Shown here one piece after another: positions 21,119-30,508 of a stretch of 42,996 bases of DNA; positions within the stretch are counted from its first letter, which is position 1; each line of letters begins with the position of its first letter. Origin of the DNA: a virus; IMG/VR virus record IMGVR_UViG_3300029131_000011, positions 1 to 42,996 of that record; one strand, 5' to 3'. The notes under the pieces are model-generated. The model was not told the origin of the DNA and searched no databases. It saw only the letters and a list, made by a program, of their open reading frames with translations. Both the position numbers and the translations under genes were made by a program.

Positions 21119-21231
21119 GCCATGCACCACATCCATAGTTCGCGGATGCCCTTGACGGCCGCCGCCGCGCCGACCAGCAAGGCCGCGCCCACAATAATGG
21201 CAACTGCCACCTCGGCAAAATCATCCATCAT
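21115..21231 (-). CDS. Small TM peptide (38 aa, below the ORF-track cutoff)
   Basis: MMDDFAEVAVAIIVGAALLVGAAAAVKGIRELWMWCMA. GGGAGGTG upstream. ATGA overlaps on both sides. Confidence 0.5.
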   Translation of the reverse strand: MMDDFAEVAVAIIVGAALLVGAAAAVKGIRELWMWCMA

Positions 21232-21530
21232 GCCACACCTCCCGAGATGATCCACGCCACAAACGCACCGACTAGCGCTGCAAGCAGCTTGTCCACGATG
21301 CTGTCCCAGCGCTTCCCCGCCTTGCCCGTGATGGTCTTCACGTCCTCCTTGATCTCCTTGACGTCGCCCTCCACGGTCTCTTGTTTTGTGGCCAGCACCT
21401 CGACCGAGGTCACCAGCCGGTCAAGCGCCACCTGATGTTCTGTCAGCTCGTTGATTCGGTGCGTGTTGCTCTTGCACCTCGATTCAATTAGCGCGATTGC
21501 CGCGTCATCATAGTGCTTAGCATTATCCAT
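21228..21530 (-). CDS. XhlA-like lysis accessory protein (coiled coil plus C-terminal TM)
   Basis: 100 aa. Coiled coil followed by LLAALVGAFVAWIISGGVA. Sits at the head of the lysis cassette, as in PBSX xhlA-xhlB-xlyA. Confidence 0.55.
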   Translation of the reverse strand: MDNAKHYDDAAIALIESRCKSNTHRINELTEHQVALDRLVTSVEVLATKQETVEGDVKEIKEDVKTITGKAGKRWDSIVDKLLAALVGAFVAWIISGGVA

Positions 21531-21554
21531 ATCCCGCTCCCTTTCTGCGGCGTA

Positions 21555-22355
21555 TTACACCGCCTTAAAATAATTCCCCACCAGCTCGTGCGGCAGGTAT
21601 TGCAGCGTGATCTTGCCGCCCGCGGCCTCGCCCGTGCGCTCGCAGAGGTACACCTTGCCATCCTCGCTGTCGAGGTAGTACTTGCCGTATTCGTATTCCA
21701 TGCCGCGCGCTGCGGGGATGGGGTCATCCTGCGTGCCTGCGTGCTCGGCGTCGATGACCGCCCAGAGGGCCGGGGTCTTGTCCGGCGTCCAATCGGCCTG
21801 CGAGGTATGCGCCTGACGGCACTTGTGCACCTTGCCGCTGTAGCTTCTGCGGTCGCCCTCAGCGTAGGCCACGGGGTACGCCCATGCTGTGATGAGTTCC
21901 GGCACGCTTGCCGCCTCGCCGTCGCTCAGGCTGACCGCTGCCTGCTCGATAATGGGGCGCAGCTTCACAGCGCGGGCGTATGTGACCGGCTCACCCGCAA
22001 GGGCGGTGACGGTTGCCTTGGCGCTTTCGGTCTCCGTGGGCTTGCCCATCTTGATAGATACCGTGCCGTCGCGGTGGTCGGTGATGGCCCCGCTCAGGCT
22101 GTACGCGCTGTTGTCCCACTCGTTGACGACCTCCTCGGTCTCCCCCGTGGGCTGGCCGTCGTTGTCGAGCTTGTCCACCGTCTCGCGCTGGACGATGCTC
22201 CACGGCGTACCAGAGGGCAGCAGCGCCGCCGCCTGCGCGTAGGGCATGGTGAGATGCACCGTCTGCGTCTCGCGCATGTCCCAGTTGCGGTCTTTGTAGA
22301 TGTAGATCAGCGTCGCAGGATACTCCTGCCCGTTCACTTTGATAAATTCTGCCAT
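21555..22355 (-). CDS. Tail-fibre-associated protein with a CBM5/12-like carbohydrate-binding motif
   Basis: ATG 22355 follows AAGGAGG. AWAYPVAYAEGDRRSYSGKVHKCRQAHTSQADWTPDKTPALWAVI matches the CBM5/12 pattern (W..Y..GD.V.Y.GK.Y.C.Q.HTSQ..W.P...PALW). Confidence 0.65.
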   Translation of the reverse strand: MAEFIKVNGQEYPATLIYIYKDRNWDMRETQTVHLTMPYAQAAALLPSGTPWSIVQRETVDKLDNDGQPTGETEEVVNEWDNSAYSLSGAITDHRDGTVSIKMGKPTETESAKATVTALAGEPVTYARAVKLRPIIEQAAVSLSDGEAASVPELITAWAYPVAYAEGDRRSYSGKVHKCRQAHTSQADWTPDKTPALWAVIDAEHAGTQDDPIPAARGMEYEYGKYYLDSEDGKVYLCERTGEAAGGKITLQYLPHELVGNYFKAV

Positions 22356-22366
22356 GTTGGCCTCCT

Positions 22367-23341
22367 TTACACAATGGTGTTGGATTTGTCCAAATAATAA
22401 GTGGTGTTGATTGTTGGTGTTTCCTTGAACGTGCCGCCCGTATTGGCAAACATATTGTCCATTGCTTTTGTCGCCGTTGTTCCTGTTCCGCTTTTCGGGA
22501 TGCGGTATGACTTGGTATATGTCCCGGATGCCGTGGTAGATAGTTTGATTTTCGTACAATCTTGGAACATGGAGTAGTAGCAGTAGCGCACCAGCCTAGT
22601 TGCGGGCAACGCCGGTGCTGTTGTAAGGCTCGTACAACCTTGGAACATGGAGTAGTAGCAGCTGATCGCCAGCGTAGTTGCGGGCAGCGCCGGTGCTATT
22701 GTAAGGCTCGTACAATCTTGGAACATGGAGTAGTAGCAGTTGTCCGCCAGCGTAGTTGCGGGCAGCGCCGGTGCTGTTGTAAGGCTTGTACAGCCGTAAA
22801 ACATGTAAGAGTAGCAGTAGCGCACCAGCCTAGTTGCGGGCAACGCCGGTGCTGTTATAAGGCTCGTACAATCTTGGAACATGGAGTAGTAACATCTGCT
22901 CACCAGCGTAGTTGCGGGCAGCGCCGGTGCTGTTGTAAGGCTTGTACAGCCGTAAAACATGTAAGAGTAGCAGTTGAGCTCCATTGAGGGACGATTGCCA
23001 CCTCTTACGGTCGAATAGTCTAATAGGAGATCGATATCCCCGTTGCAGGCGATATTCGTCCCAATAATGTTCCATTTTCCGTTGCCGGAACTTGTTCCAG
23101 TTATTTTTGTGTTTCCAGTCCCTCTGAGATAAATGCAATGATTGTTTTCGATTTCGCCGGAAGCAATAGCGCTGCCATCCCACATTTTCCATCCGCTTCC
23201 ATTGGTATATTCTAATTTGCCGTCCCAGTTTTTTGGCGCGGAAATCGAAAATGGATTTGCAGATGAAAATTCTAATGCTGTATCGAGGTCATCAGGCCAG
23301 CCTTTGACCCGCCGTCGCATCCTCGGATAATTTACGATCAT
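22367..23341 (-). CDS. Receptor-binding/tail fibre protein with BspA-type leucine-rich repeats
   Basis: At least six 26-aa repeats, CYYSMFQDCTSLTTAPALPATTLxxx. N-terminal beta-rich region. Confidence 0.7.
   Translation of the reverse strand: MIVNYPRMRRRVKGWPDDLDTALEFSSANPFSISAPKNWDGKLEYTNGSGWKMWDGSAIASGEIENNHCIYLRGTGNTKITGTSSGNGKWNIIGTNIACNGDIDLLLDYSTVRGGNRPSMELNCYSYMFYGCTSLTTAPALPATTLVSRCYYSMFQDCTSLITAPALPATRLVRYCYSYMFYGCTSLTTAPALPATTLADNCYYSMFQDCTSLTIAPALPATTLAISCYYSMFQGCTSLTTAPALPATRLVRYCYYSMFQDCTKIKLSTTASGTYTKSYRIPKSGTGTTATKAMDNMFANTGGTFKETPTINTTYYLDKSNTIV
22560..23000. repeat. 78-bp tandem repeats (about 5.5 copies) encoding the LRR units
   Basis: The motif catggagtagta recurs at 22568, 22646 and 22724, then continues with variant copies every 78 bp to about 22960. 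Confidence 0.85.
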
Positions 23342-23350
23342 GTTCTCACC

Positions 23351-25459
23351 TCACGATGTAAAGTTGACCGGCTGGACCGACACAAAAACCTCTATGGCTG
23401 CTGTCGGAATCTCGTCACACTGGAAGGTCAGCGAATCCGCCCCATGACCGACGCACTGCACATAGCAGACATTCCACACGCTGTCATAGCTTTCGTCAAC
23501 AGGGGAGCAGATCACCCTCTGCTTTGTGCTGTCGGCGAGAACGCCAGTCACGGTCACGCTCTGCTGCTTGGTGCTGGAATTCCAGCCCGTCACCGGCAGC
23601 GTCACCTTGCGCATGGTCGGCCCACCTTCTGGAATTTTCACGGTTTTCGCCGCGCTTCCGTCGTAGCTCGTCGTCGTATCGCCGATCTTGATGTTAAGTG
23701 CATTCGGGTTCTTGAGTGCCGTCGGAATCGTTGGGATATCGGACGCTCTCGCCAGCGTTCCAATCCAAGCGGTCCACTTTCTGTTACCTCCGTTATACGC
23801 TACCACCGGATAATTCGGCGCGGCTAGCGAACTTAACGAGCCGAGCGCGGCAAAGCCAAGAAGTATCATATCACGCATGCCCACCGCCGACACAAGCGGC
23901 AACACAAAAGGTACATCCATCCCAGGAAATTTTGTAATCGCATACACAGCATAGCCCGCCTCATAAGCCGCATACACTTCCGCTGCCGTTTTGTCAGCAG
24001 TTGCGTCGTATTCGCTTTCCGTCGGCGTCACTGTCACATAAAACGTGCTCCTCACCGCGCCTGTCTTGCTGTTGACACTCGTGACCGGCGCACTCTGCAA
24101 AGCGCTGTCAGCTTTGCCTAAACTCGTCTGCACGTCGCTTGCAAGGTCGGATTTGGCGACCGTGCTCTTAAAGGCCAGACTGCCGAGGTCGGCGAACCAC
24201 TTTGCGATTTTGCCAAACAGCACGGAGAGCTTTTCGCCCGTAGCGATGTTTGCGCGGGCGGTCGCCGCCGTGAATGCCGCCGTGACGTTGCTACCGTTGC
24301 CGGTCTTGTCCAGCTTGCCGGAAATGTCCTGATGCTGCGTCAGATAGCCACTGTCATTGGTAAGTTGAGAGGTCTTTGTGGGGATTTTGGCGCGGATGTC
24401 GGGGTGCGCTGTCTTGTCCTCGTTGTGCGCCTTGATTTGCGCGGATACGTCCGGCGTGGGGATTTTACCAATAGCGTCATCCACATACTTGTACACATCC
24501 GTCCGCTTGCCCTGCGGGTCGTACACGCTTGCAAGCATATCGCCAGCGCCTTGACCGTTCGCGCCGTTGTAGACCTCAAAGTCAAACGTCGTCCCGTCCG
24601 TCAGGGTGATGGTATAGACGTCGCTCGTGCCGGGGGCGTGTGTGCCGCTCTTGAGCGCGATGTCGGAAATGCCGTTGCCGGTTGCACCCTGCGGGCCGGG
24701 AGCGCCAGTGTCACCGCGCGGCAAGCCAAAGACGAGCTTATAAACGTTGTCCACGAGGGACTTGCTCACCGTGGCGGGCTTGCCCGTCTCAAGCGTCACC
24801 GCATCGACGATCATGTTGACGATGGCGTCGCGCGCCGCTTGTGCATCGGCCTTTGCTGTCTCCGCCGCAGACTTGGCGGAAGCAGCGTCCTCGGCGCTCT
24901 GAGCGGCCTGTGCGGCTTTCTGCCCCGCAGCGGTCGAACTACCCGCCGCCGCGTCCTTTGCGCTCTCAGCGGCTTCCTGTGCCGATTCCGCTGCCGTCTT
25001 GGCGGCCTGTGCGCCGGTCTGCGCACTCTCCGCCGCTTTCTGCGCATTGGCCGCAGCGGTCTGTGCATCCTTTGCCACCGTCTCTGACTTTGCCGCATTG
25101 GTTGCCGCCGTCTGCGCGGCCTGCACCTTCTCGTCAACGCCGGTCGCAGATGCAGCGGCAGCAGCCGCAGAAGACGCCGCCGCCTTTGCGGACGCATCTG
25201 CCGCAGCAACCTTGTCGTCGATGCCCTGTGCAGCGCCCGCGGCCTTTTCAGCCGATGCAGCCGCCGCATCAGCCGATGCCTTGGCGCTGTCAGCGTATTC
25301 CTTTACGCCCTGCACCTCTGCCGCGACGGAATCCTTGGCATACTGCACGACCTGACTGCCTTTCAGCTTTTTTGCCTCGCCGCCCTGCTCAAGCACAAAA
25401 AGGTCTTCGCCCGTGATCTGTGTTGCTTGGGTGAGGTCAGAAATTGCTTTATCAGCCAT
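23351..25459 (-). CDS. Tail fibre protein (Ala-rich coiled-coil N-terminus, short collagen-like GxY segment, beta-rich C-terminus)
   Basis: 702 aa. AKASADAAAASAEKAAGAAQG... repeats. GDTGAPGPQGATGNG. Confidence 0.8.
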   Translation of the reverse strand: MADKAISDLTQATQITGEDLFVLEQGGEAKKLKGSQVVQYAKDSVAAEVQGVKEYADSAKASADAAAASAEKAAGAAQGIDDKVAAADASAKAAASSAAAAAASATGVDEKVQAAQTAATNAAKSETVAKDAQTAAANAQKAAESAQTGAQAAKTAAESAQEAAESAKDAAAGSSTAAGQKAAQAAQSAEDAASAKSAAETAKADAQAARDAIVNMIVDAVTLETGKPATVSKSLVDNVYKLVFGLPRGDTGAPGPQGATGNGISDIALKSGTHAPGTSDVYTITLTDGTTFDFEVYNGANGQGAGDMLASVYDPQGKRTDVYKYVDDAIGKIPTPDVSAQIKAHNEDKTAHPDIRAKIPTKTSQLTNDSGYLTQHQDISGKLDKTGNGSNVTAAFTAATARANIATGEKLSVLFGKIAKWFADLGSLAFKSTVAKSDLASDVQTSLGKADSALQSAPVTSVNSKTGAVRSTFYVTVTPTESEYDATADKTAAEVYAAYEAGYAVYAITKFPGMDVPFVLPLVSAVGMRDMILLGFAALGSLSSLAAPNYPVVAYNGGNRKWTAWIGTLARASDIPTIPTALKNPNALNIKIGDTTTSYDGSAAKTVKIPEGGPTMRKVTLPVTGWNSSTKQQSVTVTGVLADSTKQRVICSPVDESYDSVWNVCYVQCVGHGADSLTFQCDEIPTAAIEVFVSVQPVNFTS

Positions 25460-25679
25460 CGGTTACCTCGCTTTCCTTTTCGGGCTTCGTCTTGCCCTCT
25501 TTGGCGGGCGGCTCTGCGGGGACGTGCGCCGCCTGCTGGTCAAGCCGCTCGAGGATCGCATATGCCTGCCTTAGCTCTCCCTTGACCTTTGCCATCTTCT
25601 CCGCGTCGTTCGCGGAGATCATCACTGAGGACAGCGTATTAAATGCGCTGTCAAGGATCTGCATTACCTGCTTTTTCAT
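25452..25679 (-). CDS. Small tail-module protein (75 aa)
   Basis: SD AAGGAGG. Helical. Overlaps the fibre start by 8 nt. Confidence 0.6.
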   Translation of the reverse strand: MKKQVMQILDSAFNTLSSVMISANDAEKMAKVKGELRQAYAILERLDQQAAHVPAEPPAKEGKTKPEKESEVTDG

Positions 25680-25688
25680 AGTGCCTCC

Positions 25689-26126
25689 TTATCCCGACTC
25701 CCACCAAGAGTCGGTGTAGATTTCTGCGTTGTAGGGTCTCCACGTGTCCGTGTAGATGTATGGCGTATACGCTCGCCACATATCCGTGTAGATGTACACA
25801 GCGCCGCCCGAAGTGCCGCCGCCCTCTGTGGTAAACGATCCGCTGTCGGAATAGCTGGTCTCCACCCATTGATTGAGGTTGGTGTCCCAATAGCAGAGCA
25901 CTGCCTCCCAATCGTAGGTTTTGCCGGGAGTAAGTCCGTCGAACGAATCCGTAAACGTGTTGTTCGCGCCGGAATCCTCGTTCGAAGTCAAGTAATACCC
26001 GTACCCCAGAATGCCGGTCACGTAGATTGCACGTGCTCGGTCGTGGTAGCTGTCTCCGTAAAACGTGCCGTTGAGAACGGCTGTCGTCGACCCCGTCGCC
26101 GTAACGCTGACGCTAAAACTTGCCAT
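25689..26126 (-). CDS. Tail-module protein with a fibronectin-III-like domain and a Y/W-rich C-terminus
   Basis: SVSVTATGSTTAVLNGTF...GLTPGKTYDWEAV. SD GAGGTG. Confidence 0.6.
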   Translation of the reverse strand: MASFSVSVTATGSTTAVLNGTFYGDSYHDRARAIYVTGILGYGYYLTSNEDSGANNTFTDSFDGLTPGKTYDWEAVLCYWDTNLNQWVETSYSDSGSFTTEGGGTSGGAVYIYTDMWRAYTPYIYTDTWRPYNAEIYTDSWWESG

Positions 26127-26134
26127 GCGTCACC

Positions 26135-27208
26135 TCACTGACGAAGGAAAAACAGTTTTCCCCAGCTACCGGCCGGTAAGCTATTTCCGTACATCTGGCT
26201 GCCGATATACAACTCGCCGCCGCCGAGCGACACAATGTTGTTGGACAGCGTGATAAATCCACCGTAGGGACCGCTGGCTTTTAGGTATACGTTAGTCGCC
26301 GATTCCAGCTTGATACCGCCATAGAGGGTTTTAATGCCGACACCGTAGTCAACGTTCGTCTCGACGAGCGAAAGTTCGCCCACTTTGGTATTGCTGTTTG
26401 CCAGGAGTTCCACCGTCTGGCCTCGTAACTTTTGCGCTGTGATAGATGTCCCGTCGATGTACGTTGCGATCGCACTATTGACCTCGTTTGCGTTCAGGCC
26501 CGCGTTGTTGTCGACGTAGGTCTTCGTAGCATAATTCGAGCCGTCCTTGAGATCGCCGACGCGGATGCTGCCGGTCTGGATTTGGTCGGCTGTCAGCGTA
26601 CCCTTGATATTCGCCGCATCGACGTACAGATTATCCGTCTTGATGCTGCTGCCGTTGATCTTGGTCGTGCCGCTCGCGTCCGTCACCGTCAGGCCGTCCA
26701 GCGTGGTCTTGACCTCGGTGTACTTTCCGTCGATGCCCTCGACCTTGAGCATGATCGCCTCGCTGGTCTTGGTGATGAGGGAACGAGTTTGAGCAATCTT
26801 TCGGTCAAATTCCTGTTTGATATAACCGCCGGATGGATATTCGTCATCCATCTCCAACTCACCAGGGGAGGCAATATCTGCGTACCCTCGCCCGTCATCA
26901 GCAATGCGAGAAAGCGGAGAATAGACCCCTCCGACATTCACGCCGTCGCCAAGCTCCGCGGCGGGGTCGATGTTAGCCGCGCCAGCTTCGTATGCCTGAT
27001 ATCGATACCCTTTCATTCGTTGCAGTAAGGCGTTTACCATCGCTTGTGTTGCGTGAGGGCAACTTGCAGTGATCTCCATGCCGGTATCATCACCGGCAGT
27101 CAAGCTATTTTCGTCGTCAAGTAAGAGCGTCACGCGGGAAATGGGCTTATATTGGCCATTGTCGGAAAAGCTGGTCATGTCCTGACCAACAAAATACTTA
27201 TCAGACAA
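26135..27208 (-). CDS. Tail tip / minor structural protein (prophage-tail endopeptidase-like C-terminal part)
   Basis: 357 aa. TTG start after GGGGGGTGAG. Position downstream of the tape measure and distal tail genes. Confidence 0.6.
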   Translation of the reverse strand: MSDKYFVGQDMTSFSDNGQYKPISRVTLLLDDENSLTAGDDTGMEITASCPHATQAMVNALLQRMKGYRYQAYEAGAANIDPAAELGDGVNVGGVYSPLSRIADDGRGYADIASPGELEMDDEYPSGGYIKQEFDRKIAQTRSLITKTSEAIMLKVEGIDGKYTEVKTTLDGLTVTDASGTTKINGSSIKTDNLYVDAANIKGTLTADQIQTGSIRVGDLKDGSNYATKTYVDNNAGLNANEVNSAIATYIDGTSITAQKLRGQTVELLANSNTKVGELSLVETNVDYGVGIKTLYGGIKLESATNVYLKASGPYGGFITLSNNIVSLGGGELYIGSQMYGNSLPAGSWGKLFFLRQ

Positions 27209-27878
27209 GGATTCTCACCCCCCCGAATGTAATTGCATCGCCGTACTCGGTGATAAGGTAATTGGTTTCAGCAGGCATGGATAAAAGCGGGACAAGCAAA
27301 AGATCCCCTGCGTCTGTAATAATCCAGTTGCCGCCGTGTGCCGCAGCGATAAAGCAAAGCTCATTACGCACCGTGTAATCATTGGCGGGGTAGTCAATGG
27401 TATACGCGCTGTTCAACGCAGTTCGCTTATCCAGCGTTACCCCCATCATCTGGCAAAACAGATTTACAGCGGTAGGCATAGACATCGGGAACGTCAGAGA
27501 ATTAGACGGTTCCCACACAACGTCCGCTTTACGCATTGCGTCATATGCTTCGACTTCCCAATAATCGTCGTCGCGAGAACGCTTGTTGGTAAAAAACACG
27601 CCCTTTGGAATCCATGCGGTCGCCTGAGTGCCGTTTACCAGTCTGAGATAGCGCTTGATCGTCGCGGCGCGCGGGATATTGTCTGCAATGACTGCAAGTT
27701 TTAACGTCGCGCAACAGGCATTGCCAATCCCAAACTCCTCAAACAACTGCGATTCAACGGAGTGGGAAACTTCTGCATCTTTTCCGTACTCTACGTCGTT
27801 GATGACAAATTTGAATTCGCGCTCCGTCCCGGGCTTGTGGAGCAAATCATGCCACAGCGCGCTTGTCGTCTGCCCCAT
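27201..27878 (-). CDS. Tail tip protein (baseplate-hub-like)
   Basis: ATG 27878 lies just after the upstream TAA. 225 aa. Synteny. Confidence 0.55.
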   Translation of the reverse strand: MGQTTSALWHDLLHKPGTEREFKFVINDVEYGKDAEVSHSVESQLFEEFGIGNACCATLKLAVIADNIPRAATIKRYLRLVNGTQATAWIPKGVFFTNKRSRDDDYWEVEAYDAMRKADVVWEPSNSLTFPMSMPTAVNLFCQMMGVTLDKRTALNSAYTIDYPANDYTVRNELCFIAAAHGGNWIITDAGDLLLVPLLSMPAETNYLITEYGDAITFGGVRILV

Positions 27879-27879
27879 G

Positions 27880-28239
27880 TTACACCTCAATCAGATTAAA
27901 CGTCGCGCCGCCCCACACCTCGTTATCGTCTGCCGCTTCTTCAAGCGTGCATTCCATCGACGAGCAATAAAACGTGCTTGTGCGCACACCGTGCAAGTCA
28001 AGATACTTTACGGTGCAGGTCGTTTTGTTGAGGTCGTCATCAAGCTTCGCCAGCGCATCGCGCGGGATGGAGCGTGTCGTATAGCTCAGTTTCCGCTTGG
28101 TGGTGATCTTGTCGCGCCGCATCTTGCCATCTTTGGTACGGGTGGTCTTGTCGCTGTCAAGGTCGTTTCTGCTCCACCCGTACCCTTTCGTTGCGATTGC
28201 GGACGAATAATCCGTGCCGTTGATAATAAGGACTTCCAT
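27880..28239 (-). CDS. Distal-tail-like small tail protein
   Basis: 119 aa directly after the tape measure. SD AAGGAGGGG. Confidence 0.5.
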   Translation of the reverse strand: MEVLIINGTDYSSAIATKGYGWSRNDLDSDKTTRTKDGKMRRDKITTKRKLSYTTRSIPRDALAKLDDDLNKTTCTVKYLDLHGVRTSTFYCSSMECTLEEAADDNEVWGGATFNLIEV

Positions 28240-28251
28240 GTTTGCCCCTCC

Positions 28252-30435
28252 TTAGTACAGCAGCACGGGCTTACCCGCTGCGCGTGTCATGTTGTTGATG
28301 TTCTTCACCGTGCTGCGCGCGATCTCCTTGCCGTCGAGCTGCACTACGACCGTGGTTGTGCCACCGCCCGATTCTGCCATAGCCTGCCTAAATGCGTCGA
28401 CCATCGTTGCAAGCGGCGTTTCGATGTTCGTCCCGCTTTTCTGGTCGCCCAGCACGGCAAGAAATTCTTTGTTCGGGGGAATAACCGCGCCGCGTGCCAA
28501 TGCAGGAGCGGAGATACGGCTAATCGATGGAGCGCGAGAAGGGCTGCCAAAGCCCCCGCTTCGGGTCCCAAATCCTCCGCTGCGTCCAGAATTCGATCTT
28601 GCAATAGAGTTTTGCGCTTCAACGAATTTGTTTCCGAACCAGCTAACGGCATTAGCCACCCACGTTTTTACAGCCTCCCATGCGGATTTTAAGCCGGACA
28701 AAAGGCCGTCAATAATCCTTCGACCTAACGCTTTCCAGTAATCAGCAGTAAAAAACTTCGAAACGCTGGTATTCCACCACTGTTTAATGTTCTGCCACAT
28801 TTCTTTAAGCTTGGTAAGAAGCGCACTCCAATCCAGATCAGATGCCGCGGCAATAGCCGCGCCGCCAGCAATCATCATCCCAATGCCAAGTGGTAGATTT
28901 GCGCCGGAGAAACACAGAACCGCACCGATAGCGATAAGCGAGACGCCAATCGAACCCATAAGAGATTTGATTGCAGCTTTTGTCTTTTCGGGGGCTGTGT
29001 TCCAGTTCATGGCGACCGACGCCGCAATAGATGCTGCACCCGCAATCATTAACCCAATACCGAGAGGTAAGTTTGCTCCCGAAAAGCAAAGCACTGCGCC
29101 GATGGCAAGCAAGGTCATTCCGAGCGCCATCATTAAGGCCGACAATGTATTTTTTGTTTTGTCGTTTACTGCATTCCAGTTCAAGGCGACTGCCGTTCCC
29201 AGCATAGCCGCTCCTGCCAGCATAAGCCCAATGCCGAGGGGGATGTTTGCGCCAGATAAACACAAAATTGCACCAATGGCGAGGGCAAAAAGGCCCAGCA
29301 CCGAAAGCACATTTGTCAGTGCAGCTCTAAGGCGGTCAGACATTGCATTCCAGTTTTCTTTAATAAGTGCAACAAGCCCAATCGCGCCCGCCGCCATAAG
29401 TGCGATGCCGAGGGGGATATTTGCGCCGGAAAAACACAGAATTGCGCCAAGAGCTAAAAGCGCGCCGCTAAGGTATGCCGTAAGCTCGTCGATCTTTGCT
29501 TTGTACTCGTCGGTCGTAAACTGTTCAAACACGGGAGAAAGCCGATCTGCAAGCGCAGACGCAGCGCCGCCTCCACTGCTTGATGTGGAAATCGTGTTGA
29601 TCTCGTCAAAACTAGCAAGATTCCCTTTTGCTTCTTTTGCCGCCGAACCGACGCTACCGATAGCATCTGCTTCTTTATAAAGTCCTTTTGCCGCCGCTTC
29701 TGATTTTTTTGCCGTTGTTCCAAAAAGCATCGATACAATGTTTACAATAACGCTGATAACCTTTGTAAGGATGTTCACAAGCGCTGTAAAGGAGGGAACA
29801 ATTACACTTAATAGCGGTTGTGCCAAAGTGAGCAACGCGCCCTTTAAGCGTCCAATAGCTTCTGCGGCTTCGTCATTTATTTGGATGACTTTCCAGACAT
29901 AATCACGCACAACAGATAATGCCCTTGTAATAAGAGTAAACACAAACGCCCTGAGAGCGAGCTTCTTTACTCGGTTAACGAAGCGGGACATGTATTCGTC
30001 GGCTTTTTTAGTCGCCTCACCCATCCCGAAAACACCGTTTTTTGTGTTGGAGATTTTTTCGGAAAGCTCCCCCGCTTTTGTCTTCATCTTATCGAGATTT
30101 GCCGTATCGGACTGAATTGAAGCGTCCATCTTCTCAACTTTAGCTGTAACGGCGTCATACTCTTTTTGCAAAGATTTCACAGTGCTTTCCTGTGCCTTGA
30201 TGGAATCCGCCGTAAAAAACTCTTTGCCGCTGTGCATTGAATCAAGCGTCGCTTTTGCCGCATCGAGATTTGCCGCGATTTCTGCCGACTGCTTTGCCAG
30301 CGGCATTTTGTCTTGCTGTTTCTGGTAAATTTTATCGTTAAGCGTGTCGATTTTTTTAACCAGTTTATTCAGTTCTTTTTGAGCGTCTTTGTCGTCCAGA
30401 TCCACGCTGAAAACTACCGAACTGTCCGCTGCCAT
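28252..30435 (-). CDS. Tape measure protein
   Basis: 727 aa. N-terminal coiled coil. Four approximately 55-aa hydrophobic repeats (LCFSGAN(I/L)PLGIG(L/M)M(I/L)AGA). Located between the chaperones and the tail tip. Confidence 0.85.
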   Translation of the reverse strand: MAADSSVVFSVDLDDKDAQKELNKLVKKIDTLNDKIYQKQQDKMPLAKQSAEIAANLDAAKATLDSMHSGKEFFTADSIKAQESTVKSLQKEYDAVTAKVEKMDASIQSDTANLDKMKTKAGELSEKISNTKNGVFGMGEATKKADEYMSRFVNRVKKLALRAFVFTLITRALSVVRDYVWKVIQINDEAAEAIGRLKGALLTLAQPLLSVIVPSFTALVNILTKVISVIVNIVSMLFGTTAKKSEAAAKGLYKEADAIGSVGSAAKEAKGNLASFDEINTISTSSSGGGAASALADRLSPVFEQFTTDEYKAKIDELTAYLSGALLALGAILCFSGANIPLGIALMAAGAIGLVALIKENWNAMSDRLRAALTNVLSVLGLFALAIGAILCLSGANIPLGIGLMLAGAAMLGTAVALNWNAVNDKTKNTLSALMMALGMTLLAIGAVLCFSGANLPLGIGLMIAGAASIAASVAMNWNTAPEKTKAAIKSLMGSIGVSLIAIGAVLCFSGANLPLGIGMMIAGGAAIAAASDLDWSALLTKLKEMWQNIKQWWNTSVSKFFTADYWKALGRRIIDGLLSGLKSAWEAVKTWVANAVSWFGNKFVEAQNSIARSNSGRSGGFGTRSGGFGSPSRAPSISRISAPALARGAVIPPNKEFLAVLGDQKSGTNIETPLATMVDAFRQAMAESGGGTTTVVVQLDGKEIARSTVKNINNMTRAAGKPVLLY

Positions 30436-30447
30436 AAAATCACCACC

Positions 30448-30476
30448 TTGCTTTTAGTTTTTTGCTGTGATATGGT
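30448..30476 (+). promoter_or_regulatory. Candidate promoter of the moron: TTGCTT, 17 nt, TGaTATGGT
   Basis: Read directly in the 73-bp gap upstream of 30509. Confidence 0.5.
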
Positions 30477-30508
30477 AAAAGAACCGTATTTAATGGGAGG
30501 GAAATAGA

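Noticed and set aside
22560-23000. Regularly spaced 78-bp repeats that could be mistaken for a CRISPR array
   Set aside because: The whole unit repeats and there are no unique spacers. The repeats lie in frame inside a long ORF and encode 26-aa leucine-rich repeats. No cas genes are present.
20011-28692. Plus-strand ORFs 20011..20715, 21513..22397, 24332..25087, 24841..25416 and 27655..28692, and the minus-strand alternative-frame ORF 24811..25269
   Set aside because: All lie opposite, or out of frame to, the endolysin, tail and fibre genes. Their R/P/A-rich composition is typical of GC-rich off-frame translation, and they lack ribosome-binding sites.
28850-29450. About 165-bp imperfect tandem repeats in the tape measure gene
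   Set aside because: They are in-frame coding repeats for hydrophobic segments (LCFSGANxPLGIG), which is common in tape measure proteins. They are not an independent element.
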